Below are positions 28,967 through 39,498 of a stretch of DNA of 64,000 nt, piece by piece. Position 1 is the first letter of the stretch; the number at the start of each line of letters is the position of its first letter. The translations under genes and the position numbers were made by a program. The notes below the pieces were generated by a model that made no database searches, was not told the DNA's origin, and was given only the letters and a program-made list of their open reading frames with translations. The stretch is from Candidatus Latescibacterota bacterium. GTDB lineage: Bacteria > Latescibacterota > UBA2968. The stretch is taken from positions 704,001 to 768,000 of the forward strand of contig OZ240241.1 of the NCBI GenBank assembly GCA_965198115.1, given 5' to 3'.

Positions 28967-31151
28967 CTATGAAGCGGCGGCCCGTGTTCGCTCTTCCACC
29001 ATTCGTTCGAGCTTCGATTTCAACGAATCGACGGAGTGGATCAGGGTTGGGTAGAGTGACTTCGCGTTTTCCTCGGCCGCGCTTTCCAGCGCCACGACGA
29101 TTCCCAGCGAGTGTTGCGCGCTCATGTTGCTCAGCGCACCCTTGAGTCGGTGGGCGGCAGCGTAGATTTCCTTGTCCTCACCTGCCTCGATTGCCGTGCA
29201 GAGGGTCTCGAGTTGAGTGGGCAGGTCCTCGAGGAAGATCCGAACTACGTCCTTCAACAGATCCGTATCTCCCTGCAGCCGTCGCATCAACGCGTCCTCG
29301 TCGACGGCCGGTGCACGACCATCCACACGCCTGGATTCCTCTGGCTGGCGTCCGATGAGCGCATCGATCTCGTGCATGAGCTCGTCCATCTCGATCGGCT
29401 TTCGCACATACCCATCCATCCCCGCTTCGATGCACGTTCCCGATCGCCCTTCATCGCGTGGGCGGTGAGCGCGATGATCGGCGTACGGCTATCCTGCCCT
29501 TTGTGTGCGCGAATTCGGGCGGTGGCCTCGAATCCGTCCAAACCCGGCATCTGCAAGTCCATGAGAATGGCGTCGAACGACCCGGAGAGGGCGGCCTCGA
29601 CGGCCGAATCTCCGTCGCTGACAACCTGGACACGATGGCCCAGCCGGTTGAGGAGCCCCTCAGCCACCGTCTGATTGACCGGGTTGTCTTCGGCCAGCAG
29701 AAGATGAAGCGAGCGGTCCTCGGCGGATGTCACCTCACGGCCGATCAGCTGAGCGGTCACTGTCTCGCCCGATCGGTCGGAAACGCGGGCTCGGTCGAAA
29801 ATAGCCGTAAACGTGAAAGTGCTGCCCGCTCCCTCGACACTTTCGACCGAAAGCTGACCTCTCATCCCGTCGACGAGTTGCTGTGAAATGGGTAGTCCGA
29901 GCCCGGTTCCCCCGAATCGTCGTGTCGATGACGCATCGGCTTGAGCGAAGGCTTCGAAGATCAGGTCGAGCTTTTCTGATGCAATCCCGATCCCCGTGTC
30001 GGATACCGAGGCTCTGATTGTCACGCTGTCGTCCGCGATGTGGTCCGTGGTGACGCGCACAACGACCTCACCCTGATCCGTGAACTTGATCGCATTCCCG
30101 ACGAGATTCATGACCACCTGGCGCAGGCGATGGCCGTCGCCTACGAGGTCGTCTGGCACCTCGTTTCCGACGTCCAGAATCAGCTCGATGCCTTTTTCGT
30201 GCGCTCGGGCGGCAAGAGTCTTGAGGGTGTCTCCCACCACGTCGCGAAGGGCGAAGGGCTCGCGGACGAAATCCATCTTTCCGGCCTCGATCTTCGAGAA
30301 GTCGAGGATGTCGTTCAATAGATCGAGCAGGTTGTCCGCGGATGTTCTGACCGTCGAAAGATATTCGGCCTGCTCGTCCGTCAGGCTCGTGTCAAGAGCG
30401 AGGTCGGTCATGCCGATGATCCCGTTCATGGGCGTCCTGATCTCGTGGCTCATGTTTGCCAGGAACTCGCTCTTGGCTAGGCTGGCTTCGTCAGCGGTCT
30501 CCTTGGCGGTCTGGAGTTCGGCATTCCTCTGCTCGAGTGCCTCTAGATCTTCGGCGCGCGTGATGCCCAGGGAGAGACGTTCCGCCACGGCTTCGAGATA
30601 GGTGATGTCTTCGTCGCTGAACGCGTTGGCCCGGTTGCTGATCACGGCCATCGTGCCTCGTGCGTGCGGAATGTCTACAATGCTTTCAACCTGGATCCCC
30701 AAGCGCTCGGACAGCTCTGTCCACTCGCGTCCACTTCCGACCGGTCCCCGCTCGGGCCGATACGCGGTCTCCCCCTTTGTCCACATTTGCATGACACTCG
30801 GTCTGGGTCGCTTGAACACGCGAACATTGTTCGATGCGACCTCGACCGTTTCGAACAGTTCTTCCTGCTCGTTGATGACGCGATGGATGGAAAGGGCTTT
30901 TACCGCGATGCCGAGCCAGCGGAGCTGCGAGAAACACGTACTCGCGACGTCGTTGAGGTTCGCCGGTCGGCGCATTGCCAGGACCGCCCTGTTGATCTGG
31001 ACGAGGGCCAACTGGCGACCGATCTGGACTTCCAGGTTCTCGGTGACATCTTGAAGCTCGACGTTTCGCGTTTCGAGCTGTTCGAGATCTTCGACCCGTA
31101 TGATTCCAAGAGACACACTCTCACTAACGAGAGTTACAAACTCGATAGGTG
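28967..31151 (-). pseudogene. Hybrid sensor histidine kinase (GAF-HisKA-HATPase-REC-HPt), 5'-truncated by IS256 B, frameshift near 29432
   Basis: [50 protein letters not shown], HPt AHRLKG. The frame stays open up to the IS boundary. Confidence 0.88.
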
Positions 31152-32531
31152 AGGTCCCTATCCTAGTTGAAACTTAAAGGGCTCCAAACTTACGTTGTGG
31201 GTACGCGTGTGAGAGCGTGTACCCGTAAGAAAGGAGCCCACGATGGAGAAGCTATTTGCAGGGGATGGCGAAGTCAAGGTTGGGTCAGACGTTATGGATT
31301 TGGAGACGCGTTTATCGGTGATCCGGGCGCTGATTCCGCTGGGTCTGGAGGCCGTTGCCGACGTGCTCCAGCAGGAGGTGGAGCAGCTCGCAGGCGTTCG
31401 GTATGCGCGTAAGGGTTCAGAGCAGTCGCATCGTCGATGGGGAAGCCAGAAAGGGTCCGTGTATCTGATGGACCAGAAGCTGCCGGTGGCCGTTCCCCGT
31501 GTGCGCGACGTCGAGTCCGATACGGAGGTTTCTCTGGCCGCATACCGGGGGATGCAGAGGCCCAGAGCGATGGATGAGAAGCTGCTGCTTCGTGTGCTCA
31601 AGGGAATCTCCTGTCGCAACTACAGAGCCTGTGCAGAGTCGGTACCCGAAGCGTTCGGAATTTCGGCATCCTCCGTCTCGCGACGGTTCATCAAAGCCAC
31701 CGCAAAGAAGCTGAAGCAGTTCCAGGAACGACCGCTCGACGACTACGACTTGGTCGCCCTGTTCATCGACGGAAAGAGCTTTGCCGACGAAGAGATCGTG
31801 ATCGCTCCGGGCGTCACGACGGACGGCCAGAAGATCCCCCTGGGCTTCGTCGAATCGGCGACGGAGAACGAACGGATCTGCCGTCAGCTGATCCAGGATC
31901 TCATCCGGAGAGGCCTGTGCTACGACCAGGGCCTTCTCGTTGTGCTGGACGGCTCAAAGGGACTCCGCAGTGCCGTCACCAAAGCCCTCAAAGGGGATGT
32001 GTGCGTGCATCGCTGTCAGTGGCACAAGCGCGAGAACGTCGTCAGCTACCTCCCGGAGGCAGAACGTCCAAGAGTTCGACGGAAACTTCAGAAAGCCTAT
32101 GACTGCGACACCTACGAGGAGGCAAAGGCCGCACTCGAATCACTCAAACCCGAACTCAAGCTGATGAATCAGTCTGCCGTGGCAAGCCTCGAGGAAGGAC
32201 TGGAGGAAACCCTGACCCTCCACCGGCTGGGGATGCTCCCGTTCTTGAAGCGAAGCTTCCGAACCACCAATTGCATCGAGGCGCTCAACAGCATGACCGG
32301 CAACCTGATACGGAAGGTCAACCGCTGGAACAACTCTCCTCAGCGACACAGATGGGTCGCGGCCGCACTCCTCGACATCGAACCACGCCTGCGACGCGTG
32401 AGCGGATACAAACACCTCCCGCTGCTCAGGCAAGCACTGAAAAACAACCTGAATCTCGGCGACAATCAAGATGCTCGGCAGAGAGCATGAATACCACGGA
32501 GCCCGATGAGTTTCAACTGACTATGGGACTT
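31152..32531 (+). mobile_element. IS256-family insertion sequence B
   Basis: IRs AGGTCCCTATCCTAGTTGAAACTTA / TGAGTTTCAACTGACTATGGGACTT; no TSD; truncated genes on both sides. Confidence 0.9.
31243..32490 (+). CDS. IS256-family transposase
   Basis: LFIDGK, VLDGSKGL, HRCQWHKREN, FRTTNCIE. Confidence 0.93.
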   Translation: MEKLFAGDGEVKVGSDVMDLETRLSVIRALIPLGLEAVADVLQQEVEQLAGVRYARKGSEQSHRRWGSQKGSVYLMDQKLPVAVPRVRDVESDTEVSLAAYRGMQRPRAMDEKLLLRVLKGISCRNYRACAESVPEAFGISASSVSRRFIKATAKKLKQFQERPLDDYDLVALFIDGKSFADEEIVIAPGVTTDGQKIPLGFVESATENERICRQLIQDLIRRGLCYDQGLLVVLDGSKGLRSAVTKALKGDVCVHRCQWHKRENVVSYLPEAERPRVRRKLQKAYDCDTYEEAKAALESLKPELKLMNQSAVASLEEGLEETLTLHRLGMLPFLKRSFRTTNCIEALNSMTGNLIRKVNRWNNSPQRHRWVAAALLDIEPRLRRVSGYKHLPLLRQALKNNLNLGDNQDARQRA

Positions 32532-33266
32532 GACCGTGACGAGGTCTTCCCACAGGCGGCTCACCCTCTCGAGCGATTCATCGTCCGATGTGTCTCGAGC
32601 GAGCTCTGCGAGGGCAGTAAGGAGATACGTGACGCAGACGGCGTGGCGATCGTTCGCGCTTATCTCCAGCCCGGCGACCGTGTCAGAGATGCCGTGGCGA
32701 TGGATCAGCGAGCGGGCGAAATCGCGGTAGGTGAGATCACCCGTGCGGCGGGCGAGCTGAATCAGACCGAGCTCGATGCAGGGATGATAGGTTGCCCCTT
32801 GGGGCGAAGCGGTTGCGATCCCTTCGTTTTCATCGAGGTTTTCGAGGGCGTGGGCCCAGTCACAGGCTTTGTCGAGCAGATCCGTATGGCCCGTGGCTCG
32901 CTCGTGGGCGACCGCGGCCTGGAAAAAGTGACCTGCCACGTAGAGGTTCTGCCACACTGTGGCGTCTCGTCGAATCGCGGGGTCGGCCTCGGCAATCAGG
33001 TCGGCGATGAGCGTCAGATGAGTGCGGACCCCGGACGCAGGGTCATACTCGACGGCATAGGATGCAGCCTCTGTCCATTTAAACAGGTCGGTAAGACGGG
33101 ACCCGCCGCGCTCGGCTGGTCGTTCGCCCCTGGCGTAAGCGTGGAAAGCGTCGGGTATGGGAGATTGCAACCCGGCGATCAGACTCGCGACGTTCCGGTC
33201 GACGCGTCGACCGAGAAAACCTTCGAGGCGTATGTCCGCGAGAGGGATGGGGGTTAGGGTGTTCAT
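32532..33266 (-). pseudogene. GH127-like (beta-L-arabinofuranosidase family) glycoside hydrolase, 3'-truncated by IS256 B
   Basis: DLFKWTEAASY, LYVAGHFFQAAVAH..ATG, HPCIELGLIQL, HAVCVTYL. Confidence 0.75.
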
Positions 33267-33465
33267 TGCTGAATGGGTGCCGGGCTGCAGCTAACGAAGG
33301 CCAACGGATTTAGGAGCAAGTAACGAGTTCCGAGTAGCGAGTCCGGCGTATGCCTTTGCGCTCGACTTGGCGCAGGGATTTCTCACCAGTGTTGTTCGGA
33401 AACCGATCGAGACTGGTTCGAAATGATAGACTGGCTATCGCTGGGTGCGTCGACGGGAGCAACAG

Positions 33466-34516
33466 TTACCGATAGGTGCCCAACCCAAGACCCTGAAGGT
33501 CGGCCAGTTCGTTCCTTTCCTCTGCTTCATACAGCTTCCAGATGACCTGAAGGCCTTCCAAGCTCCCCGTGCCATCCGTCAGCGGGTTCTGACCGGTCTC
33601 GATGCAGTCTATGAAGTGCGCCATTTCTAGCTCGGTGTGTTTGGCGTGTTCGACTTCGAGCAGAACCTCTTCCCTCTGCCTGGCGACGAGCTTGCCCGAG
33701 TCGTGCTCCTCGGCACGTGTATGAGCAATGAGCTGACCGGCGCGGAGTGCGATTTCGAGGGTGCCTTCCTCGCAGTGGGCGTGAAACGAGTAACCCAGGC
33801 GAGTACCGCGGGCGCCCCAGGTTCCGAAATGGTAGCCGAGCACGCCCTCCTCGAATTCGATCGTGACGTTGCTCGTGCCTTCCCCTTCCATCCACGGCGT
33901 ACCCAATCGCGTTCCGATATGTGTGCCTCTGACCGGACGCCCCGCCATCCAGAGCAACAGATCGATGTAATGACAGCCGTGGCTGAAGAACTGGCCTCCG
34001 CCGAGGGTCTCCTTCTTCTGAGTCCAATGACCGCCTTCCCGTCGCGTCAGTTGCTCTGTCCAGATAGATAATTGAAACAGCTTGCCGTAAGCCTCAGCGT
34101 CTAACAGTTCCTTCATCTTCGACACGAGCGGATGGAAGCGCATACAGTACGCGACCATCAGCACGCGGTCCTGCCGCTCCGATTCCTCGATCATTTCGAC
34201 GCATTGCTGCTCGTTCAGCGCCATCGGTTTTTTCCACCATCACGTGTTTGCCCGCACGCAGGCAGTCGATGGTGATCGAATGGTGGAGATGGTGCGGGAC
34301 CACGATTAAGGCCGCGTCGATGGCGTCGTAGATACGAGTGTGGTCGGTCTCGACCCTTGGAGTGCAGTCGAGTAAATCGGCGACCGATTGGGCCTTCTCT
34401 CGCTCGACGTCGACGACGGCCGTGACCTCGATTCGATCGAGGACTTCGGCAAAGCGTGAGGCGTGGGATCGGGCCATTCCTCCGCAGCCGATAATGCCTA
34501 TTCGGGTTTTGCTCAA
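33466..34516 (-). CDS. Gfo/Idh/MocA-family oxidoreductase (frameshift near 34228)
   Basis: IGIIGCGGM, GKHVMVEK|PMAL, GGGQFFSHGCHYID. Confidence 0.88.
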
Positions 34517-34538
34517 GACTGCCTCCAAGTGAGCGAAT

Positions 34539-36107
34539 TCAAATGCCCCGGATACCCCTGAGCTGCTCGACGAGACTCGGCCGAGCTTCAGGCTGGGGTT
34601 CCATTTGTCGTCGGTCCCTCAGGGCGCCGCCGAGTGGACGGGAATCCAGAATCGGCTTTGGGTCGCCCAGTTCTGCCTCTATGAGTTCTGCGAGGAGGTG
34701 ATCCGTGAGTCGACGTTGCACATCCTGGTAAGCTGGGACGTCCCAGAGGTTGTGAAGATCTTCCGGATCATCCGCGACGCTGTAGAGCTCTCCATAGGGG
34801 GCGTGACCGTAGTGAAGCAGCTTCCACTCATCGGTGACCAGCATCTTCACTTTCATCGTGTGTTCGCCGATAACCGAGATCCGTTCGACGATGATGGCGT
34901 CACGGTGCGGGTCGGTCGATCCTGACAGTGTAGCGTGGATCGATCGCCCTTCCATTCCCAGGAGCGGTTTGGCACCCGCAAGGTGGAGGAACGTCGGCGT
35001 GAGGTCGAGGTGCGTCATCACGCTCTCGTAGACGCGAGGTTGCGGTGAACCCGGTTGCCGCCAATAAAACGGCACGCGGTTGACGCACTCGTAGGACATC
35101 ATCGGTTTGGCGGCTACGCCGTGGTCGTTCAGGCCCTCCCCGTGATCGGATGTGAAGACCACGTGGGTGTTTTCAAACAGGCCCTGCACCTCGAGCTCAT
35201 CGAACAGGAGTCCCATTGCATCATCGATGAAGGTTGTCAGCCCGTAATAGTGGGAGACAATCTCCTTCATCCGATCGCCATCCCATCCATCGTGAGTGTT
35301 GTAGCCGCCGTAGGGTTTACCCTCCTTCGCCCACCCATAGTGGGGAGGCTTGTTGCTGACGTCCTCTTGGGGAAGAGGGGTGGGCATTTCGTCCAGTGGA
35401 TACATATCACAGTACGGCCGTGGTGGAGCGAAGGGTTGGTGGGGGTCTGCGAAGGACATCCAGAGGAAGAACGGTTGATCAGAATCGCGATTGCGGAGCC
35501 AGGCCACAGACCGGTCCGCTGTCCAACGCGTGTAATGCCATTCTGCGGGAATGGCGTTCTTCCAGGAGGTGTAGGCACCCGTCGGCGGTTCGAGTGCGTT
35601 TTCCTTTCGCCAAAGGGTGAGGCCTTCGGGATGATTCCGCTCGAGCCAGACGCGCCAGTGGCCTGCAGCGTAGGCGTGTCCGGTGTGGAGCTCCGCGTGT
35701 TCGAAACCATAGTAGGGACCATACCACAAACCGTCGTCCCTCACGGTCGACCCCGAGGGCGGTTGGTCGGGAAGCACGTTCTCGATGTCTGCGGTGCGGA
35801 AGTGGGCTTTGCCGATCAGAGCCGTCGCGTAGCCGGCCTCCTGCAGGCTGTCGCCGAGCACGGGGATGGCTTCGCTGAGGTTGACGTCGTGGTTGAAGAC
35901 CTGATGTCCGCGCTGGCTGCGGCCGGTGATCATACTGGCACGCGAGGGCATACAGATGGCGTTCGTCGGGTAAGCGCGACTGAATCGGACACCCTCGTTC
36001 GCGAGGCGATCCATATTGGGGGTCTTCAGGATGGGATTGTGCAGACCGACAGCGTCCCAGCGCTGCTGGTCGGTCGTGATGAAGATGAAGTTGGGTTGCT
36101 GACCCAT
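34539..36107 (-). CDS. Sulfatase (Cys-type, formylglycine-dependent)
   Basis: PNFIFITTDQQR, CMPSRASMITG (CxPxR), GKAH, DPHQP, TSDHGE. Confidence 0.93.
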   Translation of the reverse strand: MGQQPNFIFITTDQQRWDAVGLHNPILKTPNMDRLANEGVRFSRAYPTNAICMPSRASMITGRSQRGHQVFNHDVNLSEAIPVLGDSLQEAGYATALIGKAHFRTADIENVLPDQPPSGSTVRDDGLWYGPYYGFEHAELHTGHAYAAGHWRVWLERNHPEGLTLWRKENALEPPTGAYTSWKNAIPAEWHYTRWTADRSVAWLRNRDSDQPFFLWMSFADPHQPFAPPRPYCDMYPLDEMPTPLPQEDVSNKPPHYGWAKEGKPYGGYNTHDGWDGDRMKEIVSHYYGLTTFIDDAMGLLFDELEVQGLFENTHVVFTSDHGEGLNDHGVAAKPMMSYECVNRVPFYWRQPGSPQPRVYESVMTHLDLTPTFLHLAGAKPLLGMEGRSIHATLSGSTDPHRDAIIVERISVIGEHTMKVKMLVTDEWKLLHYGHAPYGELYSVADDPEDLHNLWDVPAYQDVQRRLTDHLLAELIEAELGDPKPILDSRPLGGALRDRRQMEPQPEARPSLVEQLRGIRGI

Positions 36108-36108
36108 A

Positions 36109-36522
36109 TCAAGGCCTATGGATGAAACGATCTTCGGGGATCACGGCGACGGCTTCGATCTCGATCAGCCAGTCCGGGTCGATCAACTGGGCAACTTGGA
36201 CGAGACTGCTTGCAGGATAGGGTGGCTTGAAGAATTCTCGCCGAACATCGTGGATCGTCATGATTTCAGACACATCGGTCACGAAGACCGTCACCTTTGC
36301 GATATCGTCCATCGTCCCGCCGGCGTGGGCGAGCACATCCCGGATACTTTCGAGGGCCTTGCGTGTCTGAGCTTCCATACTGCCTTTTCCGACGGTCTCC
36401 CCCGACACGTCCTTGCAGACGTGACCAGAAACGTGCAGTACGCGACCGGGTGGCTGCCAGGCGGCGCTCGAGAAAGCGCCGAACGGCTCGATGACGCCGG
36501 GGACGTTGAATCCGTGGGCCAT
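36109..36522 (-). CDS. RidA/YjgF family protein
   Basis: VSGH, DDIAKVTVFV, YPASSLVQV, IEIEAVA. Confidence 0.9.
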   Translation of the reverse strand: MAHGFNVPGVIEPFGAFSSAAWQPPGRVLHVSGHVCKDVSGETVGKGSMEAQTRKALESIRDVLAHAGGTMDDIAKVTVFVTDVSEIMTIHDVRREFFKPPYPASSLVQVAQLIDPDWLIEIEAVAVIPEDRFIHRP

Positions 36523-36581
36523 TTGACCTCCTGATGTGTTCAGTGTGTTCAGTGTTCAGGAAACCACAATACGCTGTTGCA

Positions 36582-37437
36582 CTACGTACTGGATCGAACG
36601 AGGTCGCATAGTCGGTCTAACGTAACGCCAACTGTCGTGAGACCTCTCTCTTCACACGCCTCTTCGAGTGTACAGATTATCGTTTCCAGGTTTTTGCGGG
36701 ACGGATTTTTCGGATCGGTGTAATCCTGGTCGTTGTGCGTATCCGTGACGATCGTGCCAAAGTCGGGCTCGTCTTCCACGAATCGGTCCAGAATATCGAG
36801 AATGACTTTGGCGTGGTCGTAAGTATGGGGAATGTAGGGCCACTCGAAGCCCTGTTCGCCTGCGTGTCCACGGGCAACCGGCCGTCCGTAGGCGACAGAA
36901 ACGGGCACTTCGATGAAGTCGGAATCGCCCGATATGAGGCGGAACGCATCGTGAGCGGATGCGACCCGGGTTGGAAAGGCTGCCTCCGGCAAAGCCGAGC
37001 GATTGGAGGACAGCTATGGTCGAGTCGTTGGCGGAAAAGTAGCCTGCCCGGAAGTATCGAGGTTTGAACCCGAGGGCGTTTTCCCAGACGCCGATCGCTT
37101 CATTCAAGATCGACCGTTGCTCATCGGCCGAATAGGACCCCAGGTCGTGGTTATATCGATCGCCCGCAAACTTGTAGGGGTGCAGGTGCAAACCCAGACA
37201 CGTCCCTTCACGCTCCAGTTCCAGCAGGAGATCCGCCTGGGCGTCGGCTACTTCGGGGTGGACAAAGAGCGTGACAGGATATCCTGCCGTTGTCGCTGCC
37301 TCCACGAATCCGCGGATTGACCGCTCGCTTTCGCGATACTCCTTCGGACCGCTGCCGGACATCCGGGCGCCGTGGTCGCTGACGTCGATCCTCGCCGACT
37401 CGCAGTCCATCGTTAGCAGCACGAACGCCTGCCCCAT
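36582..37437 (-). CDS. Polysaccharide deacetylase-like (CE4/NodB) protein (frameshift near 36968)
   Basis: LTMDCE, VTLFV, GLHLHP, YFRAGYF. Confidence 0.75.
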
Positions 37438-37440
37438 CGT

Positions 37441-38361
37441 TCAGTAGAGCCTGCTATAGTCCGCGCCCGTCACGTTCCCTGCAATATACCGATCGCGGAA
37501 GAGCGTCTGTCGAATAGGGGGCATCGCGTCGAAGACGTCAGGATCGGGCTTCTGGATCGGCGCCCATCCGCCGTCGACTTGGTTGTAGAGCCCCGCGACA
37601 GCGATCCGGTCGTTCTCTTCGTTCGTCCAGGGATGTGCGCTATGCGTTGTTGCTTCTGCGAAGAATAGGACGGATCCGGCCGGACACTCGTACGTCGTCC
37701 AGACATCAGAGTCCGGGTCCTGGATCTCATCGGGCGCGGTGAACACGGATTTATGGCTGCCGGTAACCAGCATCGTCCCGCCCTGCCAGTACTTGACCGA
37801 ATTGAGCTCCCAGACGATCCGAAAGTGCGGGCAGAAGCTCTTCCCCGGGAACGAGTCATAAAAGTGGACGTCGCCGGGGAGTCGCATCAATCCATTTCCA
37901 TTGTGTGGTGAGAACTCACGATCCTCCTTCTTCCCCTTGGTTCTGCGAGAGGGGGCCGTCCGGTACCACAACGCGAGGTTGCAGATGCTGAACCCGTAGC
38001 ACTCCTGGCTGGAGAGAGATGGGTTCGCCGTGAACTCGTTGAGCATTCCTACGGCCACTGGATGGTCGAGGAGACGCTCCGTCGGGCCCGAGTACATCGA
38101 TCGTTCGTGTTCCGGGATGGATTCGGGGTCGTGGTGAAGTCGTTCGCACCATTCACGCATTTCTGCGACGTCATCGGGTGATAGGACTTCCGGAATCAGG
38201 AGCCACCCGTCTTTGTCGAAGCGGTACTTCTGCTCGACCGTGGGTTCGACGATGGGCAAACCATCACCGTTCAGTTTGGGTAACTCCTCCTCGTAGGGTG
38301 CGAGAGGCACCCCCATACTCAAATTGACGATGTAGGGTGTCGCAGTGCCGTTGGCGGCCAC
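37441..38361 (-). CDS. PhyH-family protein with HxG motif
   Basis: QKYRFDKDGWL, FSPHNG, GGTMLVTGSHK, FFAEATTHS. GTG start just after the upstream stop. Confidence 0.85.
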   Translation of the reverse strand: MAANGTATPYIVNLSMGVPLAPYEEELPKLNGDGLPIVEPTVEQKYRFDKDGWLLIPEVLSPDDVAEMREWCERLHHDPESIPEHERSMYSGPTERLLDHPVAVGMLNEFTANPSLSSQECYGFSICNLALWYRTAPSRRTKGKKEDREFSPHNGNGLMRLPGDVHFYDSFPGKSFCPHFRIVWELNSVKYWQGGTMLVTGSHKSVFTAPDEIQDPDSDVWTTYECPAGSVLFFAEATTHSAHPWTNEENDRIAVAGLYNQVDGGWAPIQKPDPDVFDAMPPIRQTLFRDRYIAGNVTGADYSRLY

Positions 38362-38363
38362 AG

Positions 38364-39290
38364 TCAGCCCTCCTGCTCTTCGACGTAGGCGGACGTCCGT
38401 TCTCTGAAGGCACCGTCCCTCACGTTGTTCGGTGCCTCGGGCGGTCGGAACAGAGACTGACGCTTCTCCGGCATCCTGGCCAGCAGGTCCGGATGAGGAA
38501 GCCAGTTCTTCCAACGGTTCGTGACCGTGTTGTAGAGGTTGAAGATGGCGAGTCGGAAACCCTCTGTATCGGTCCATTCTGCCGCACTGTGGGAAAGGCA
38601 CTCGGTGAAGAAAAGAGCCGATCCGGCTGGACATTCGTAGGTATCCCAGAGTGGAGAGTCGGATCGCATCGCACTCTCGGGGGCAGGATACGCCGCTTTA
38701 TGGCTGCCCGTGAGCAGGAGCGTGCCGCCGCATCCCTTCTTCACGGGATTGAGTTCCCAGACGACACGGGTCAGGCCGCTCCAGGACTTGCCCGGGACGC
38801 TTCGGTAGTAGTGAGAGTCCCACGGCGGTCGGAAGAGACCGTTTCCGTTGTGGGGTGAGAATTTGCCCTGAACGTCTTCCTGCTTCGAGCGGAACAGGAG
38901 CGAGGAGGACTCGAGTCGGAAGCCATAGCTGTCCTGGCTTGTTAGCGGCGGATAGGCGAGGAATTCGTTCAGGAACCCAACGGCGATAGGATGATCGGCC
39001 AGCTTTTGAAGCGGGCCACCCAGTCCGTTTCGCTCAGGTTCGGGGATCGATTCCGGATCTCGATGGAGTCGTTCCGCGAAGGCCTGCATCTCCGCGAGCT
39101 CATCCCCAGACAGTACGGCCGGTATCATCAGCCATCCGTTCCGATCGAAGTCGTATTTCTGCCGTTCCATGAATGGGACAACGGGAAGACCGTCTGCGTT
39201 CGTCGAGGTCAGATCCTCTGTCCGTGTGAGCACCGGACTCCCGAGGTTCTTGTTGATGACGAAAGGGTCTCGCCTCACGATCGTCTTCAT
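38364..39290 (-). CDS. PhyH-family protein with HxG motif (tandem paralog)
   Basis: QKYDFDRNGWL, FSPHNG, GGTLLLTGSHK, FFTECLSHS. Confidence 0.85.
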   Translation of the reverse strand: MKTIVRRDPFVINKNLGSPVLTRTEDLTSTNADGLPVVPFMERQKYDFDRNGWLMIPAVLSGDELAEMQAFAERLHRDPESIPEPERNGLGGPLQKLADHPIAVGFLNEFLAYPPLTSQDSYGFRLESSSLLFRSKQEDVQGKFSPHNGNGLFRPPWDSHYYRSVPGKSWSGLTRVVWELNPVKKGCGGTLLLTGSHKAAYPAPESAMRSDSPLWDTYECPAGSALFFTECLSHSAAEWTDTEGFRLAIFNLYNTVTNRWKNWLPHPDLLARMPEKRQSLFRPPEAPNNVRDGAFRERTSAYVEEQEG

Positions 39291-39498
39291 TCGAACTTCC
39301 TCCCTTGTTCAGTTTCCTGCCGTTTGGCTGTCACGAAGACCCTTGTAGGCCTCGGTCGCCGATTGGGGCCGGTCGTAGTCGACAGTCCACTCACGTTCTT
39401 CGCTGAGTCTATCCAGGATGGACTGCGGCATGTGGACTCCTTTACTAAAGGTGTTCAGTGTTCGGGAAACCGTGACTTCGTCCGGACATCTACAATCG

